Assembly: GCA_963977015.1 (NCBI GenBank)
Contig: CAXBMO010000012.1
Coordinates: 96,001 to 160,000, forward strand
Direction: 5' to 3'
Origin: an uncultured bacterium
Lineage (GTDB): Bacteria > Verrucomicrobiota > Verrucomicrobiia > Verrucomicrobiales > DEV007
DNA length: 64,000 nucleotides
Shown here: positions 43,901-53,792 of the stretch, piece after piece
How the letters are laid out: every line of letters starts with the position of its first letter
Position numbering within the stretch: position 1 is the stretch's first letter
Notes under the pieces: model-generated
What the model was told of the DNA's origin: nothing
The model's input: only the letters and a program-made list of their open reading frames with translations
Database searches by the model: none
Position numbers and translations under genes: made by a program

Positions 43901-45623
43901 TCAAACCGCTGAGGAGGTTTCGCTTCCACGGAACGTTTGCGGCATCGCGCTCTGCACCTTCATCCTCCGCCAGGCGCTTCGCGGAAGTGGTGACGTGGAG
44001 GCTGAGCAGCTCGCGAACCGGTTCCTTCTCGAAATAAGAGGTGTGGATCAGCTCGTCGCCCCGCAGCTCGTCCTGGACGCTGTGGACGACGGCGGACAAC
44101 TCCGAGGCGCCCCAGGCCAGTTGGGAGAGCTCGGCCCGGGTTTTGGCGAGGATTTCGGTGGAGCGGCGCCCGATCGCTTCGTTGGCCGAGTCGATCATTT
44201 CCTGGTTCACTTCTTTGGGCAGCGGTGGGTAGCGGTAGCCTTCGACCACGACGGGTCCTTCGGTTACGTCGACCAAGTCGCATCCCAGCCGATTGTGCCC
44301 CTGGGCGCCTTTGGCGACGCGGGAGAGGAGATAGCCGTCGAGCCGCGGGCTGAGAAAACGATTTACCAACGGGGCGAGGAGCATCCGGACGAAGAAGCGG
44401 TAAAACCGGATGAAGCGGTCTGATTCGAAGACTGTTTCCGTGGGAATGGTGAGCCGGGGGACGATTTGTGCTTTGGTGATTTTGGTGGTGCCGCGTAGAC
44501 CGCTGATGGCTTCGTCCTGTGTGCACCAGAGCCCGAGCCAGCGGTCGCCAAACTCAAGCATGGCCTGGTTTTTGGCCCGGATTTCGCGATAGACGTTCCG
44601 GGCCTCGGTGCGGACGGCTCGGGTGAAGAGGTAAACGGCGACAAATGGCACCAAAAGAAGCAACACAGCGAAAAATAATTGTGCAATAGCCCAGAATTTA
44701 TCCAGCGGTGTCGCCGGATCGATGGTTCCCGGCTTAGTGCTGCCGAGGGCGGCTCGGGCCATTTCCCCGACCGATATTCGGAGGTTATCCAATGGGTTTG
44801 TTCCAGTCTGGAGCTTTCCAGCTGGCCCCGGTAGCTTGGTGTCCCTTGCTGATCGGGAACGGAGAATTTCGGATTCGGGATCTCGTTCGAAGGCGGATGG
44901 AGTGGAGTAGTTCGTGGATTCGGAAGGGACCCCGATGGTCTGGACCCATTTGAAGACGGGATTGCTTTCGTCGGTCCACCGCTGGAGTTGCCACCAACCG
45001 ATGAGAACGCTGACGAGGAGGCTGACGATGAGCGCCAGGATGGTGGCGGATTTGCCATACCAACTCCCGATTTTTGCGCCTTCGAAGTGGAGGAAAGGCG
45101 TGCCAACCGTGGACCAGGATTTGAGGTGCTTCAGCTTGAGCTGATCCGCGTTTTTGGCCGATTTCCAGCGGCGAAGAACGGATTGTTGCAAGGCATGCCA
45201 TATGGCGGACCCGCCGTGGCTATGGCCGATGAGGTGGTATTCCCGCCCTTCCTTTTCCAGTTCGATGAGCCGGTCAAGGAGGTCGATGCCAGCCTTGTAG
45301 CGCTCGCGTTCGGTGTTCTCGCTGGACCACTTGAAAGTGCGGAGATGCGGCTTTATCTGGCCATTTTCGTCGAGAGCGTCAGGTTCGTTGGCGAACGCTT
45401 TCTCGTCCCCACCCATGACGTAGCCTTCGGGCTCCAGCCTTTGTTTGAGATCACTCCAAACCGGACTCTTGACCTGCCACCAATCGTTTCCCTCGTCATT
45501 GGTTTCCGGAGCACGAACTCCTTGTTCCTGCCCGTTATTGTCATCCAGGTTCGAAAACGTTCCGTGGATGAGGAGGACGATCGGCTTCTTCGAGTTCGGG
45601 ATTGGTTCCTGTTGCGCTGCCAC
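40941..45623 (-). CDS. Multidomain protein: alpha/beta-hydrolase-like N-terminus, multiple TM helices, C-terminal WD40 propellers
   Basis: LLIHGTF, FKWS..N, GHSHGG (GxSxG), TVGTPF, IHTSYF; about ten hydrophobic segments; degenerate WD40s followed by seven near-identical WD40 repeats. Confidence 0.85.
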   Translation of the reverse strand: MAAQQEPIPNSKKPIVLLIHGTFSNLDDNNGQEQGVRAPETNDEGNDWWQVKSPVWSDLKQRLEPEGYVMGGDEKAFANEPDALDENGQIKPHLRTFKWSSENTERERYKAGIDLLDRLIELEKEGREYHLIGHSHGGSAIWHALQQSVLRRWKSAKNADQLKLKHLKSWSTVGTPFLHFEGAKIGSWYGKSATILALIVSLLVSVLIGWWQLQRWTDESNPVFKWVQTIGVPSESTNYSTPSAFERDPESEILRSRSARDTKLPGPAGKLQTGTNPLDNLRISVGEMARAALGSTKPGTIDPATPLDKFWAIAQLFFAVLLLLVPFVAVYLFTRAVRTEARNVYREIRAKNQAMLEFGDRWLGLWCTQDEAISGLRGTTKITKAQIVPRLTIPTETVFESDRFIRFYRFFVRMLLAPLVNRFLSPRLDGYLLSRVAKGAQGHNRLGCDLVDVTEGPVVVEGYRYPPLPKEVNQEMIDSANEAIGRRSTEILAKTRAELSQLAWGASELSAVVHSVQDELRGDELIHTSYFEKEPVRELLSLHVTTSAKRLAEDEGAERDAANVPWKRNLLSGLKRAGWFITGLLFSGLAMFRVEVEENPTYVLSPALALTGLAMMLGPLRFRDPARSRKNLWGTELLGLSVIVLAGFYGFFSHQSRAIPLLEDIWAGDSPFAHPALVFAVFLSATAIFFALSLTRATEHPLGASTLGWAGLALLIGLTWASDFLLPSEDTPFFTLLFFTLLGVLFGFYKAFSPLQEAHDVLTRIQPNRTKKVEEVEFLDSSQAGASWLEDHRKNVEAQARKSSRIATLSLPKLGEGNRLAFVTPLLFSGGIGSIVWGFSGSSDLVILGGFIATLVATFLAFRPVLRASRGARRGRLARLNLDALSFAFLGGVVFLLTLFIYQEFIRIPKANVAENTAFVVPKPDGQGNSQFVAVDNGRIKLWDLESFEFLSELTAPDKTWNFVAAGPPRQAILAAVRDYQIISVFDLETPEGQLRLRQVLKSPAGELSAVAINSNATQLAGGTMNGFFVLWNIETGSQLQKFRLSRQPVRCLAFHPRLPLVAVGLENRVIQVWNTDIRKPVAISRAHRKPVKKIAFYPEDDFRARARSFAGDRPIPHYPEEDFLASLDEGGDVQFFHTPNPEKEPGGQLRERELPSFLEELNQDPTRKAVNLAFTSRSPTVFAVYAKQAKNEQAVGSLSFWTPAGDHLVQSEVYGRGDDMQFSPNGSELVIRGNFAQFLSTNSGINFRSFSLHLSGHVSSVNSVAWSPDGTRLASTSDDGTIRLWDAASGAAIGEPLTGHSFWVKSVAWSPDGTRLVSGSVDDTIRLWNAASGTAIGEPLTGHFWVMSVAWSPDGRQLASASRDNTIRLWDTASGDPIGEPLTGHSDSVMSVAWSPNGNRLVSASRDNTIRLWDAASGAAIGEPFTGHSFWVMSVAWSPDGTRFVSGSVDNTIRLWDAASGAAIGDPLTGHSDSVNSVAWSPDGTRLASASDDETIRLWDAVSGDAIGAPLTGHSNSVMSVAWSPDGTRLASASDDNTIRLWNVETSVDDDGKKETVDQ
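40993..41855 (-). repeat. Seven tandem 129-bp (43-aa) WD40 coding repeats
   Basis: Unit GH..V.SVAWSPDGTRL.S.S.D.TIRLWDAASG..IG.PLT repeated 7 times; unit 3 lacks one codon. Confidence 0.92.
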
Positions 45624-45824
45624 GAAAGCATCCCAATCGAATCAACCGGCCCTTGCAAGTGTAAAAGATGGTTCGGGGAGAGTCAAGGGACTCCTTGGAA
45701 TCTAGTAGCACGAGAGGAATATGGGTAGCGAAGGATTGGCATCAATTTCATTCAGACCCTTCAGCCATGGTAGTCCACTGAGCCTGTCACTTGCAGAGCT
45801 CTGTGCGTCCATCTACGGTCGTTC

Positions 45825-48305
45825 ATGCATGCTGTGAAATCCCTTTCCCTGTCGATCTTCCTCATTGCGTTTTCCCTTTCGGCGTCCGCTCAGGAAGACC
45901 TGGCGAAACGGATGGAGGATGCGATCGCGCTGATGCGTTCCAGCGGTCAGGCCCAACCGCAAATTCTGGTGCCGATGCTGACTTCGTGCGCGGAGGGTTA
46001 CATCCAGAAGAAGGAATTCAAGACGGCGCTGGCGCGAGTCGAGGAGGCGTTGGGGCTCGCGCTCAAACACGATATCGATCCGACATCGACGTTCTTCACG
46101 GCATCCAAGATTCTCAATACCGTCGATGATGAGCTTGCGACGCAGTTCCTCCAGAAGCAACTCGAAGCCCCGAACGCATCGAACCAATATAAGAAGGGTG
46201 TGCTGAAGGCGCTGGACCTGCATTTGGCGATCAACGGGGATCAAAAGCTGGCGATCCAGGCCGGCTACCAGTTGTGGCGCATCACCGCGGAGGAGAATCC
46301 GGGTAGCGAGGAAGAATTCTGGGCCAGGTTCAAATTTGGGAACCATTGTCTGACGGGAAAGCTTTTTGATGTGGCGATGCCGACGTTGAAGGAGGTGCGA
46401 ACGATGGCGCTGGAGATGAAGCGGCCGGATCTGGCGGCGCACTGTTCTCGCGCCTTTGGTTTTGCGCTCGCGGCGGAAGGCGAATACGAACAGGCGCTGG
46501 ATTTATTTCAGGAGGTTGTGACGTTCACCCAGGGTTCTCAGAATGAGCAGGCGATGATGGGCTTCGAGTTGGGAAACGTCGCCACGGTCCAGCTTCAGCT
46601 CAATCAGCTCGATGCGGCCGAAGAAACGATCAAGAAGATCCAGTCGCTGGCCCGGAATGAGATCGAAGAAGGCATCTCTGCTTCCATGGTGGCGGCGCTG
46701 GAACTGAAACGCGCATTGGCGCAGGCGGGGAGAAGGGGGCCCGATCTCAAGGCCGCGATCGCAGCTCAGGAGAAAGCGGTAGCCGCGAAACTCAAGAACA
46801 ACGCTGCGGGCGAAGCCTTCGCGCTGCTTGGCGCCACCCAGGATCATGTGGCGCTGGCGGCGATGCGGCTCTTGGCGAACGACCTGGACGGAGCGGAAGC
46901 CGCTCTCAAGATGGCTGCGAAAGGGGCCGACGCGTGGGAAGAAAATTCGCGCGATGCGCAAAAGGCCGCTGTTTTCAGCGCGGACCGGGTCAACCTGTCG
47001 ATGGGGGATCTCCGCGCCGCGATCTATGAGTTTCAGCAGCAGATCGAGATTCGCCGCAAGGATGTGGTGCAGGCGTTGGTGACCGCGGAGAACGGTCGTG
47101 GAGCTGCCCAGGCGGAATTGCTCAAGGAGAAGCTGGGGCTCGCGCCGTCTGAGCGCGTCGTCAAGCAATACACGACGAAGGACATCGGTCAGGTTGCCAA
47201 AGATCACCGCACCACGCTTGTGGTTTATTCGTTGGCCCACGTTCTGGCGCCCGACACCCGGCGCTTCTTCACTCCGCAAGACCGGGTTCAACATCCGCAG
47301 AATTTGCTGACTTGGATCATTCAACCGGACGGAAAGCTGACGTTTCATTCGACCGAATTAACCGGTCCGATCTCCACGCTTGTCGAATTGGCTCGGGCCC
47401 AAATCACCGCGCCAGACGACAAGAAACCGGAGGGCGATCCCTTGCGCGATCTCGCCAAACTGCTCATCGATCCCATCCGAAAGCAGTTGCCCAAGCAAGA
47501 AAACTCCCTCGTGACCTTCATTCCGCAGGGCGAACTGTTCCTTGTGCCGTTCGCTGCGTTGCCCGACAAGAATGGCGAATCACTCATCGACCGCTATGTG
47601 ATTGGCATGTCGCCTTCGATCGAGCTGCTCAACCTCGCCGCGATCCAGAAACAGGCCGTTGCCAAAGTCGGGAATCAGGAGATTCTCATCGTCGGCAATC
47701 CCAAAATGCCGGGCTACAAGAGTCGTCCGGATCGCGAGGCTCACGAGCTCAGCCCTTTGCCGGGCGCGGAGCGCGAAGCCAAATTTCTAGCCAACGGGTT
47801 GGGTGTCGAGCCGCTCATTGGCGATGCTGCCACTGAAGTCGCGGTTGCCGCCCGCATGGGATCGGCGCGCTTTCTCCATTTCGCCACTCACGGGCTGCTC
47901 GAAGCTGGTAACGCCTACAATCAGCCCTTTCTCTCCGCGCTCGCCTTCGCCGCTGGTGAGGGTGAAGACGGTTTCCTCACGGTCAAAGAAACTTCGCGCA
48001 TGAAACTCCACGCGGAACTCGCCGTTCTCAGCGCCTGCGACACCGGTCGGGGCCGAATCAGCGGCGACGGGGTGATTGGCCTTTCACGCGGCTACATTAC
48101 CGCCGGTGTTCCCTCGGTGGTTGTTTCCCTCTGGCCAGTCAACGACCAGGCGACTGCCATTCTCATGGCCAACTACTACAAATCGATGATGGCCGACAAT
48201 CTTCCCAAAGCCGCTGCCCTTCGCCAAGCCATCCTCCAAGTGAAAGAGCAGTATCCGGACCCCAAGCTTTGGGCTCCGTTCGTTCACTACGGGTTGGCGT
48301 ATTAG
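45825..48305 (+). CDS. Exported TPR + CHAT (caspase-like) domain protein
   Basis: Signal peptide (…AFSLSASA-Q), TPR-like helices, PFAAL, LPGAEREA, catalytic HFATHG and LSACDTG, SLWPVND, P.LWAPF. Confidence 0.9.
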   Translation: MHAVKSLSLSIFLIAFSLSASAQEDLAKRMEDAIALMRSSGQAQPQILVPMLTSCAEGYIQKKEFKTALARVEEALGLALKHDIDPTSTFFTASKILNTVDDELATQFLQKQLEAPNASNQYKKGVLKALDLHLAINGDQKLAIQAGYQLWRITAEENPGSEEEFWARFKFGNHCLTGKLFDVAMPTLKEVRTMALEMKRPDLAAHCSRAFGFALAAEGEYEQALDLFQEVVTFTQGSQNEQAMMGFELGNVATVQLQLNQLDAAEETIKKIQSLARNEIEEGISASMVAALELKRALAQAGRRGPDLKAAIAAQEKAVAAKLKNNAAGEAFALLGATQDHVALAAMRLLANDLDGAEAALKMAAKGADAWEENSRDAQKAAVFSADRVNLSMGDLRAAIYEFQQQIEIRRKDVVQALVTAENGRGAAQAELLKEKLGLAPSERVVKQYTTKDIGQVAKDHRTTLVVYSLAHVLAPDTRRFFTPQDRVQHPQNLLTWIIQPDGKLTFHSTELTGPISTLVELARAQITAPDDKKPEGDPLRDLAKLLIDPIRKQLPKQENSLVTFIPQGELFLVPFAALPDKNGESLIDRYVIGMSPSIELLNLAAIQKQAVAKVGNQEILIVGNPKMPGYKSRPDREAHELSPLPGAEREAKFLANGLGVEPLIGDAATEVAVAARMGSARFLHFATHGLLEAGNAYNQPFLSALAFAAGEGEDGFLTVKETSRMKLHAELAVLSACDTGRGRISGDGVIGLSRGYITAGVPSVVVSLWPVNDQATAILMANYYKSMMADNLPKAAALRQAILQVKEQYPDPKLWAPFVHYGLAY

Positions 48306-48311
48306 CCTCAA

Positions 48312-48656
48312 TCAGTCCTTCACAATCTTCCCACCAATTCCGAGCACCGTCGCATTCTGCTTCGCGGCTTCGGCTTCCGCGATTTGGCCGTCCTGCACGT
48401 ACATCTGGGAAAGCGCGGTCCACGCCAACTGATCGTTGGGGCAGAGGGTCGTTGCCTGGAGGGCGGCGCCGATTGCGGGCTTGATCTGGTCGGCCTTCAT
48501 CAAGGCCATGCCGAGGGCGTGCCAGCCGTCGAAAAACTCGGGATCAAGCTCGACGCATTTCCGATACTTCTCGATCGCGGCTTCGAGATCGCCGACCGCG
48601 AGATCACCGTTCGCATCGTCGAACAGATCGTCACGCTCTGAGGTATCGTTGCTCAT
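48312..48656 (-). CDS. Small TPR protein
   Basis: AIEKYRKCVELDPEFFDGWHALG and LCPNDQLAWTALS TPR motifs. Confidence 0.85.
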   Translation of the reverse strand: MSNDTSERDDLFDDANGDLAVGDLEAAIEKYRKCVELDPEFFDGWHALGMALMKADQIKPAIGAALQATTLCPNDQLAWTALSQMYVQDGQIAEAEAAKQNATVLGIGGKIVKD

Positions 48657-48661
48657 GAACT

Positions 48662-50251
48662 TCAGCCTCGGGCGAACTCTTCCAAGCTCATCGCTTCAAG
48701 CTCGCCGTCTGGTCCCTTCATCATGGGAGGGGTTGGGTTTGCGGCCTCAACCCGCGCCTGGAACCAAGCGCGGAAGGCCTGCTCCGAGGAAAAGGCGTCC
48801 ATGCTGTCGGCGATGCGCTGACGATCTTCCGGCTCGGTTTCGCGCGCTGGCAGGCTCCGGTCGGCGAGGTAGGCGAGCAACACTCCGTCGACCAGTGATT
48901 CCGGCTCGGAAAGCTCACCCGCTTCGAGATCGAAGGCGACGCGCGCCAGGGTCGAGGCAAAATCCGTGCCTTCCGGCGATTCGGTCCGGCTGAACGGCTT
49001 GGGGCTGACCACTTCGTAACCGGCGGCCTTGGCTGCGGTTGGGAAATCGGTGCCTTCCTTGAGGTTTGCGAGAATTTTTTTACGCGCTTCCGCCGCTGCA
49101 TTGTCGAGGCGGGAGTTGATTTCCTGCTCGGTCAGCGTTTGAACGATTTCGTCCTTCGCGTCTTCGAGCGTCTTCTGCGCGCGATCGACAACATCGACGA
49201 TCCAGAACATGTAGATCGCCTTTTCTTCGTCAGCCGCCAACAACTTGTCGGCTCCGTCGGCTTCGGGATCCGCGGAAAACGCAGCCCGAACCAACTCCGG
49301 ATGTTCGATCAACTCTTCCGGAGGATCAAGCTGGGCAAAGGCCGCGACCGTCTTCACCTTGTCGCCCTGGGTTGCGACCGCCTCTTCAAAGGTCTTTCCT
49401 TCATCGTCCATTTCCGCGACCAACATCTTGTAGGTCTCGTTGAACTCCTTGGCTTTCTCGTTGCGGCGCGCCTCAAACTCTTCGTCGGTTTCCTCTTCCT
49501 TCTTCTCTTCCTTGGCGAACTTGATGTAGGCGATCGAGCGCTTGGGATCGGAGAACAGGCTGTCCCGATTCTCGTCGTAGTAGGCCTGGATCGCTTCATC
49601 GGTGATTTCGATTCCGTCGGTGTAATCGTCCCGCTTCAGAACGACCTGATGAGCGGTGAACGTCTCGTATTGAGCCTCGTAAATCTGATCGATCTCCCAC
49701 TTCGTCGGGCGATGACCAGAGGCGACCAGCTCGCGCAACTTGTTGTATTTGATGGAATCACCAACAATGGCGTAGAGATCCGATTCGGTCTTGGAATAGC
49801 GGCCCAGCTCGTTGGTGAGGTAATTCTGGTAGAATGTGGGGTCGAACTGATTGGTGGCCGGGTTCTGGAATTTGGGCAGTGACCGAATCACGTCCTGAAT
49901 TTCCTTGGCCGAGGGTTCGATGCCCAATCGCTTGGCCTCGTTGCGAAGAACGATCAAGTTGGCCACAAACTGGGTGCGATCGGACGTATTGCCCGAAAGC
50001 GCTGCGGCAAATTCACCGAGCGGACTGGGCTGATACATGGAGGCGCCCATGCCGAGGTCGTAACGGGCAATGTTGAAATTGGTCGCGATGCGGAGCGCAT
50101 CGGGGATGCGGTAGGTGACGCCATCGACGGTCATCTTTGCGGCGCTCGTTGCCGGCTCATAACGGTTGTAGAGCCAGGCGAAGGCAACACAGATGATTGC
50201 CGTAACGATGACAAGAACGACTTTTTGGACTTTGCGGATGGACGTGAGCAT
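48662..50251 (-). CDS. SurA-N/PpiD-like periplasmic chaperone
   Basis: N-terminal TM after MLTSIRK; EAKRLGI.PS.EI...I...P.FQ...FD, ITDEAIQAYYDEN...F..P..R, AFDL..GELS.P. Confidence 0.8.
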   Translation of the reverse strand: MLTSIRKVQKVVLVIVTAIICVAFAWLYNRYEPATSAAKMTVDGVTYRIPDALRIATNFNIARYDLGMGASMYQPSPLGEFAAALSGNTSDRTQFVANLIVLRNEAKRLGIEPSAKEIQDVIRSLPKFQNPATNQFDPTFYQNYLTNELGRYSKTESDLYAIVGDSIKYNKLRELVASGHRPTKWEIDQIYEAQYETFTAHQVVLKRDDYTDGIEITDEAIQAYYDENRDSLFSDPKRSIAYIKFAKEEKKEEETDEEFEARRNEKAKEFNETYKMLVAEMDDEGKTFEEAVATQGDKVKTVAAFAQLDPPEELIEHPELVRAAFSADPEADGADKLLAADEEKAIYMFWIVDVVDRAQKTLEDAKDEIVQTLTEQEINSRLDNAAAEARKKILANLKEGTDFPTAAKAAGYEVVSPKPFSRTESPEGTDFASTLARVAFDLEAGELSEPESLVDGVLLAYLADRSLPARETEPEDRQRIADSMDAFSSEQAFRAWFQARVEAANPTPPMMKGPDGELEAMSLEEFARG

Positions 50252-50362
50252 GTTCGCGAATGCGGGGTAAGGGCTGAGCCGTTTACTGACGGAAGAAAAC
50301 GACGGAACTCAACCGGAAATTGGTGTTGTTCTGGCGAAATCGCCCCCTCGTAGGGGGCTGGA

Positions 50363-51805
50363 CTAGGCCTTGGGCTTCTTTGGGCTCCGCTTCCCGACTA
50401 CTGTGGCGCGTTTGGGATCAAAGTTGGGGTTTTCGGTCGGCATTTGGGCAGCGACGTCGATTCGCCACTGCTTGAGTTTCTGGTGAAGCTCGCTCGCGAC
50501 TTCGGGGCGTTGCGCCGCGAGATTGGTGGATTCGCCGGGATCGGTGGCCAGATCGTAGAGCTCCAGATCGCCGGTTTCGTGAAACTCAACGAGGCGATAG
50601 TTCTTCGAGCGAACCGTGCTGTAAGGACTGTCGCCACCGGCGTGGTAATGCGGAAAATGCCAATAGAGCTCGCGATTGAACTTCGTATCCGGCTTGCGGA
50701 AGAGGGGCGTGAGACTGACGCCGTCGATGGACGCATTGTGGTTGGCGTCTCCCTCAATCCCGGCGATTTCGAGCAGGGTGGGGTAGAAGTCGATCCCCAT
50801 GACGGGTTCGTCGCAAACGCTGCCGGCTGGTGTGACGCCCGGCCACTTGACGATGAGTGGCACCCGGACGCCGCCTTCGTAAGCCGAGCCTTTTCCGCGC
50901 CGGAGCGGCAGGTTCTCGGTGAAGTTGTCGTGAACGCCATAGCGTTGGGTGAGACCGCCGTTGTCCGAGGTGAAGATGACGATGGTTTCGTCGGCGATTC
51001 CTTGTGCTTCCAACGCGTCGAGAACGCGGCCCACCGCCAGATCCATGCTCTTGACCATCGCGGCGTAAACCGGATTGCGATGCACCGCGTCGGGATCGAC
51101 TTTCCTCTCGAAGTCGGCGACGAGGTCGTCCCGGCCCTGGATCGGTGTGTGGGGAACGTGAAACGCGAAGTAGAGGAAGAACGGATCGTCGCTCGGCTTC
51201 GAGATCTGCTCGACGGCGAGATCCGCGAGGTGATCGGTCAGGTAATTCGTTTTCTTGCCGAGCTTCTTCACCACATCCTCGGCAAGGTAGTAACCCTTGG
51301 TCCTGGGAGGTTTGTCTTCGCTGGAATCAAAGCCGTGCCGCGTGGGATCGGCAGGTTTCCCAGGATAATTGAGGTGCCATTTGCCGACGTGAAGCGTGCG
51401 ATAGCCGCCTTGCTTCAGCGCCTCGGCCACGGTGGTGAGATTCGGATCGAGCCCCTTGTTCCAATCAGGGATGTTCATCCGGGCGAACGGTCGATCCTGA
51501 CCCGGAATGAAGCTGGTGAGGTGAAGTCTGGCCGGATACATCCCGGTCATGAGAGCGGCCCGAGAAGGAGAGCAAACGGTGCAGGCGGCATACGCATCGG
51601 TGAACTTCATGCCGTCTTCGGCGAGCCGATCGAGGTTCGGGGTTTCGTAAAAATCGCTACCGAAACAGCGTAAGCCGGTCCAGCCGAGGTCATCGGCGAG
51701 AAAGAGCACGACGTTCGGGCGATCGCCGGCCGTCGCGGTAACGATGGGCAGGGTTGCCAGCGCCCAGACTGCGACCGCCAGGGCGAAAAGGGGTTGGGGT
51801 TTCAT
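50363..51805 (-). CDS. Sulfatase (formylglycine-dependent, S1)
   Basis: Signal peptide; PNVVLFLADDLG, CSPSRA, GKWH, FTSDNGG, ELYDL..DPGE. Confidence 0.92.
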   Translation of the reverse strand: MKPQPLFALAVAVWALATLPIVTATAGDRPNVVLFLADDLGWTGLRCFGSDFYETPNLDRLAEDGMKFTDAYAACTVCSPSRAALMTGMYPARLHLTSFIPGQDRPFARMNIPDWNKGLDPNLTTVAEALKQGGYRTLHVGKWHLNYPGKPADPTRHGFDSSEDKPPRTKGYYLAEDVVKKLGKKTNYLTDHLADLAVEQISKPSDDPFFLYFAFHVPHTPIQGRDDLVADFERKVDPDAVHRNPVYAAMVKSMDLAVGRVLDALEAQGIADETIVIFTSDNGGLTQRYGVHDNFTENLPLRRGKGSAYEGGVRVPLIVKWPGVTPAGSVCDEPVMGIDFYPTLLEIAGIEGDANHNASIDGVSLTPLFRKPDTKFNRELYWHFPHYHAGGDSPYSTVRSKNYRLVEFHETGDLELYDLATDPGESTNLAAQRPEVASELHQKLKQWRIDVAAQMPTENPNFDPKRATVVGKRSPKKPKA

Positions 51806-51931
51806 GGTTCCCATGGTTGGGGCAGCCGAAAGATTGGGCAAGTGTTTTGCGCCGGCGGGAACGGGCGCGACCGCAAGAAAGTGCAAAAAGAGTTGGCCAG
51901 AGCGGCCGCATTCTGGCGTAACAAGGGGACC

Positions 51932-53479
51932 ATGTTCAAAAACCTCCCAAACGCCGTGGTCCTCCTCGGTTGTCTGTCTGCGATTCTGGCTCAGGCAACG
52001 CTCGGAGCGCAGGACCGCCCCAACGTCATCCTCATTTTTGCCGACGATTTGGGATCGGGGATGCTGGGAAGCCAGGGGCAGAAAATCGTTACGACCCCTC
52101 ACCTCGACCAACTCGCGGCCGAAGGGATTACCTTCACCAACTACTACGGCGGCGTGTTTTGCGCGCCCTCGCGCTGGACCTTGCACACCGGGATGCACGA
52201 TGGTCGAATCGGCGGTTGGAGCCACAACCAATCCGGTCTGCTGATCCGCAATGACAAGGCAGGCGTGTCCGCTGAAGAATCCCTGAAGCTGCTCAACGAG
52301 TTCGTTCCCAAATCTTCCGCGCCAATTCCGGACCATGAGGTTTTTCTGGCTCAGGTGGCTCGGAACGCCGGCTACCGCACCGCTCAATTCGGAAAGCTCG
52401 ACGTCGGGTTTCTCACCAATCACGACCGAATCAAACGGTTCGGTTGGGATCACTACGAGGGCTACTACAGCCACTCGCGTTGTCACGGATTCTACCCACC
52501 TTACCTGTGGCGCAACGGAGAGAAATTTTTCCTCGAAGGCAACACCCGGCCCGACTGCGGAAAAATGTCGGAAAAGGGCGACGAACCGGTCGGCGAAGGC
52601 GGCCAAACCTACTCGCAAAACGTCTTCATCGCGGGAATCCTGGACTACCTTCGCGAGAACAAGGACGAGCCCTTTTTTCTCGCGCACCCGACCCAGTTGC
52701 CACACGGGCCGGTCGCCATTCCTGAACTGCATCCCGACTTTGCCGAGGATCCGGGTTTGTCCCTCGCCGAGAAAAAATACGCCTCCATGGTCAAAATGCT
52801 GGATGACCACGTGGGTTTGATCATGAACGAGTTGAAAACCCTGGGGATCGATGACCAGACCCTCGTCGTGTTCACTTCCGACAACGGGCACGAACTCTAC
52901 TACGGCCCCAAGGGAACCTTCGCAAAACGCTTCCCGGACGGCACCCCCGCCAATCTCACCGACAAGAAATGGCGCACCTCGGAATGCGGCGACGTTTTTG
53001 ATGGGGCGGGAGGAAGAGCCGGGCTCAAGCGCTCCGGTTATCAGGGCGGGATGCAGTGTCCGCTGATTGCGCGTTGGCCGGGCAAGATTGCGCCGGGCGG
53101 GAAGACCGATCATCTCAGCGCCCACTACGACTTCATGGCGACGCTTGCCGAGGTGGTTGGTGGCGAAATTCCTTCCGGCAAAGACAGCATCTCCTACCTG
53201 CCGGTCTTGTTGGGCAAGGAACAGGCGGAGGTGCATGATCACGTCGTCGTGAACAACAACTTCTCGAGAATGGGACGCAGCGCATTGATCACGAACGAGG
53301 GTTGGAAGTTGATCGAGATTGATCGCGGGAAAAATCACTATCAATTGTACAACCTCCGTGAAGACAATGAGGAACGGTTCGATCTTGCATCCACCCATCC
53401 CGAACGGGTTGCGAGTTTGAAGAAGGTGCTTCTCGGTGAACTGGGCTCGCCTCGGCCTGACTTGGATGTGAGTCGCTGA
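51932..53479 (+). CDS. Sulfatase (S1)
   Basis: PNVILIFADDLG, CAPSR, FTSDNG, QLYNL.ED..E. Confidence 0.92.
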   Translation: MFKNLPNAVVLLGCLSAILAQATLGAQDRPNVILIFADDLGSGMLGSQGQKIVTTPHLDQLAAEGITFTNYYGGVFCAPSRWTLHTGMHDGRIGGWSHNQSGLLIRNDKAGVSAEESLKLLNEFVPKSSAPIPDHEVFLAQVARNAGYRTAQFGKLDVGFLTNHDRIKRFGWDHYEGYYSHSRCHGFYPPYLWRNGEKFFLEGNTRPDCGKMSEKGDEPVGEGGQTYSQNVFIAGILDYLRENKDEPFFLAHPTQLPHGPVAIPELHPDFAEDPGLSLAEKKYASMVKMLDDHVGLIMNELKTLGIDDQTLVVFTSDNGHELYYGPKGTFAKRFPDGTPANLTDKKWRTSECGDVFDGAGGRAGLKRSGYQGGMQCPLIARWPGKIAPGGKTDHLSAHYDFMATLAEVVGGEIPSGKDSISYLPVLLGKEQAEVHDHVVVNNNFSRMGRSALITNEGWKLIEIDRGKNHYQLYNLREDNEERFDLASTHPERVASLKKVLLGELGSPRPDLDVSR

Positions 53480-53509
53480 GCCGTCGAATCGGTTGCCGCG
53501 ATCCACCTG

Positions 53510-53772
53510 CGCGTCAGCGTCCGGGAGTGCGGAGGCAAGCGCTAGCGCCGACTCCGCTTTCGAACGGCTCCCAAAACGTGGAACGCCAAACCCCTCCTCT
53601 GGTCCTGGAATCTTGCGCCACCATCCCGAAGCGGCGCCCCCGAGAAACGCTGCCGCTCTGAAGTCTGGCCAGGGTGCCATCGGAGGAGCGATGAGAATAT
53701 TCGCAACTTCTTCCTCGCCACGTAAGCGGAGTCGGCGCGTTGCTTGCCTCCGCACTCCCGGACGCTGGCGCG
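53510..53772. repeat. REPIN: two inverted ~50-bp REP elements (53510-53559 and 53724-53772)
   Basis: CGCGTCAGCGTCCGGGAGTGCGGAGGCAAGCGCTAGCGCCGACTCCGCTT vs reverse complement CGCGCCAGCGTCCGGGAGTGCGGAGGCAAGCAACGCGCCGACTCCGCTT; each has GGAG followed by a GCGGAG...CTCCGC stem. Confidence 0.88.
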
Positions 53773-53792
53773 AATCATGAGGCGCTTTATCG

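Noticed and set aside
50342-50358. GCCCCCT-CGT-AGGGGGC hairpin as terminator of the minus-strand sulfatase
   Set aside because: Stem is real but lacks a convincing U-tract, so it was not called.
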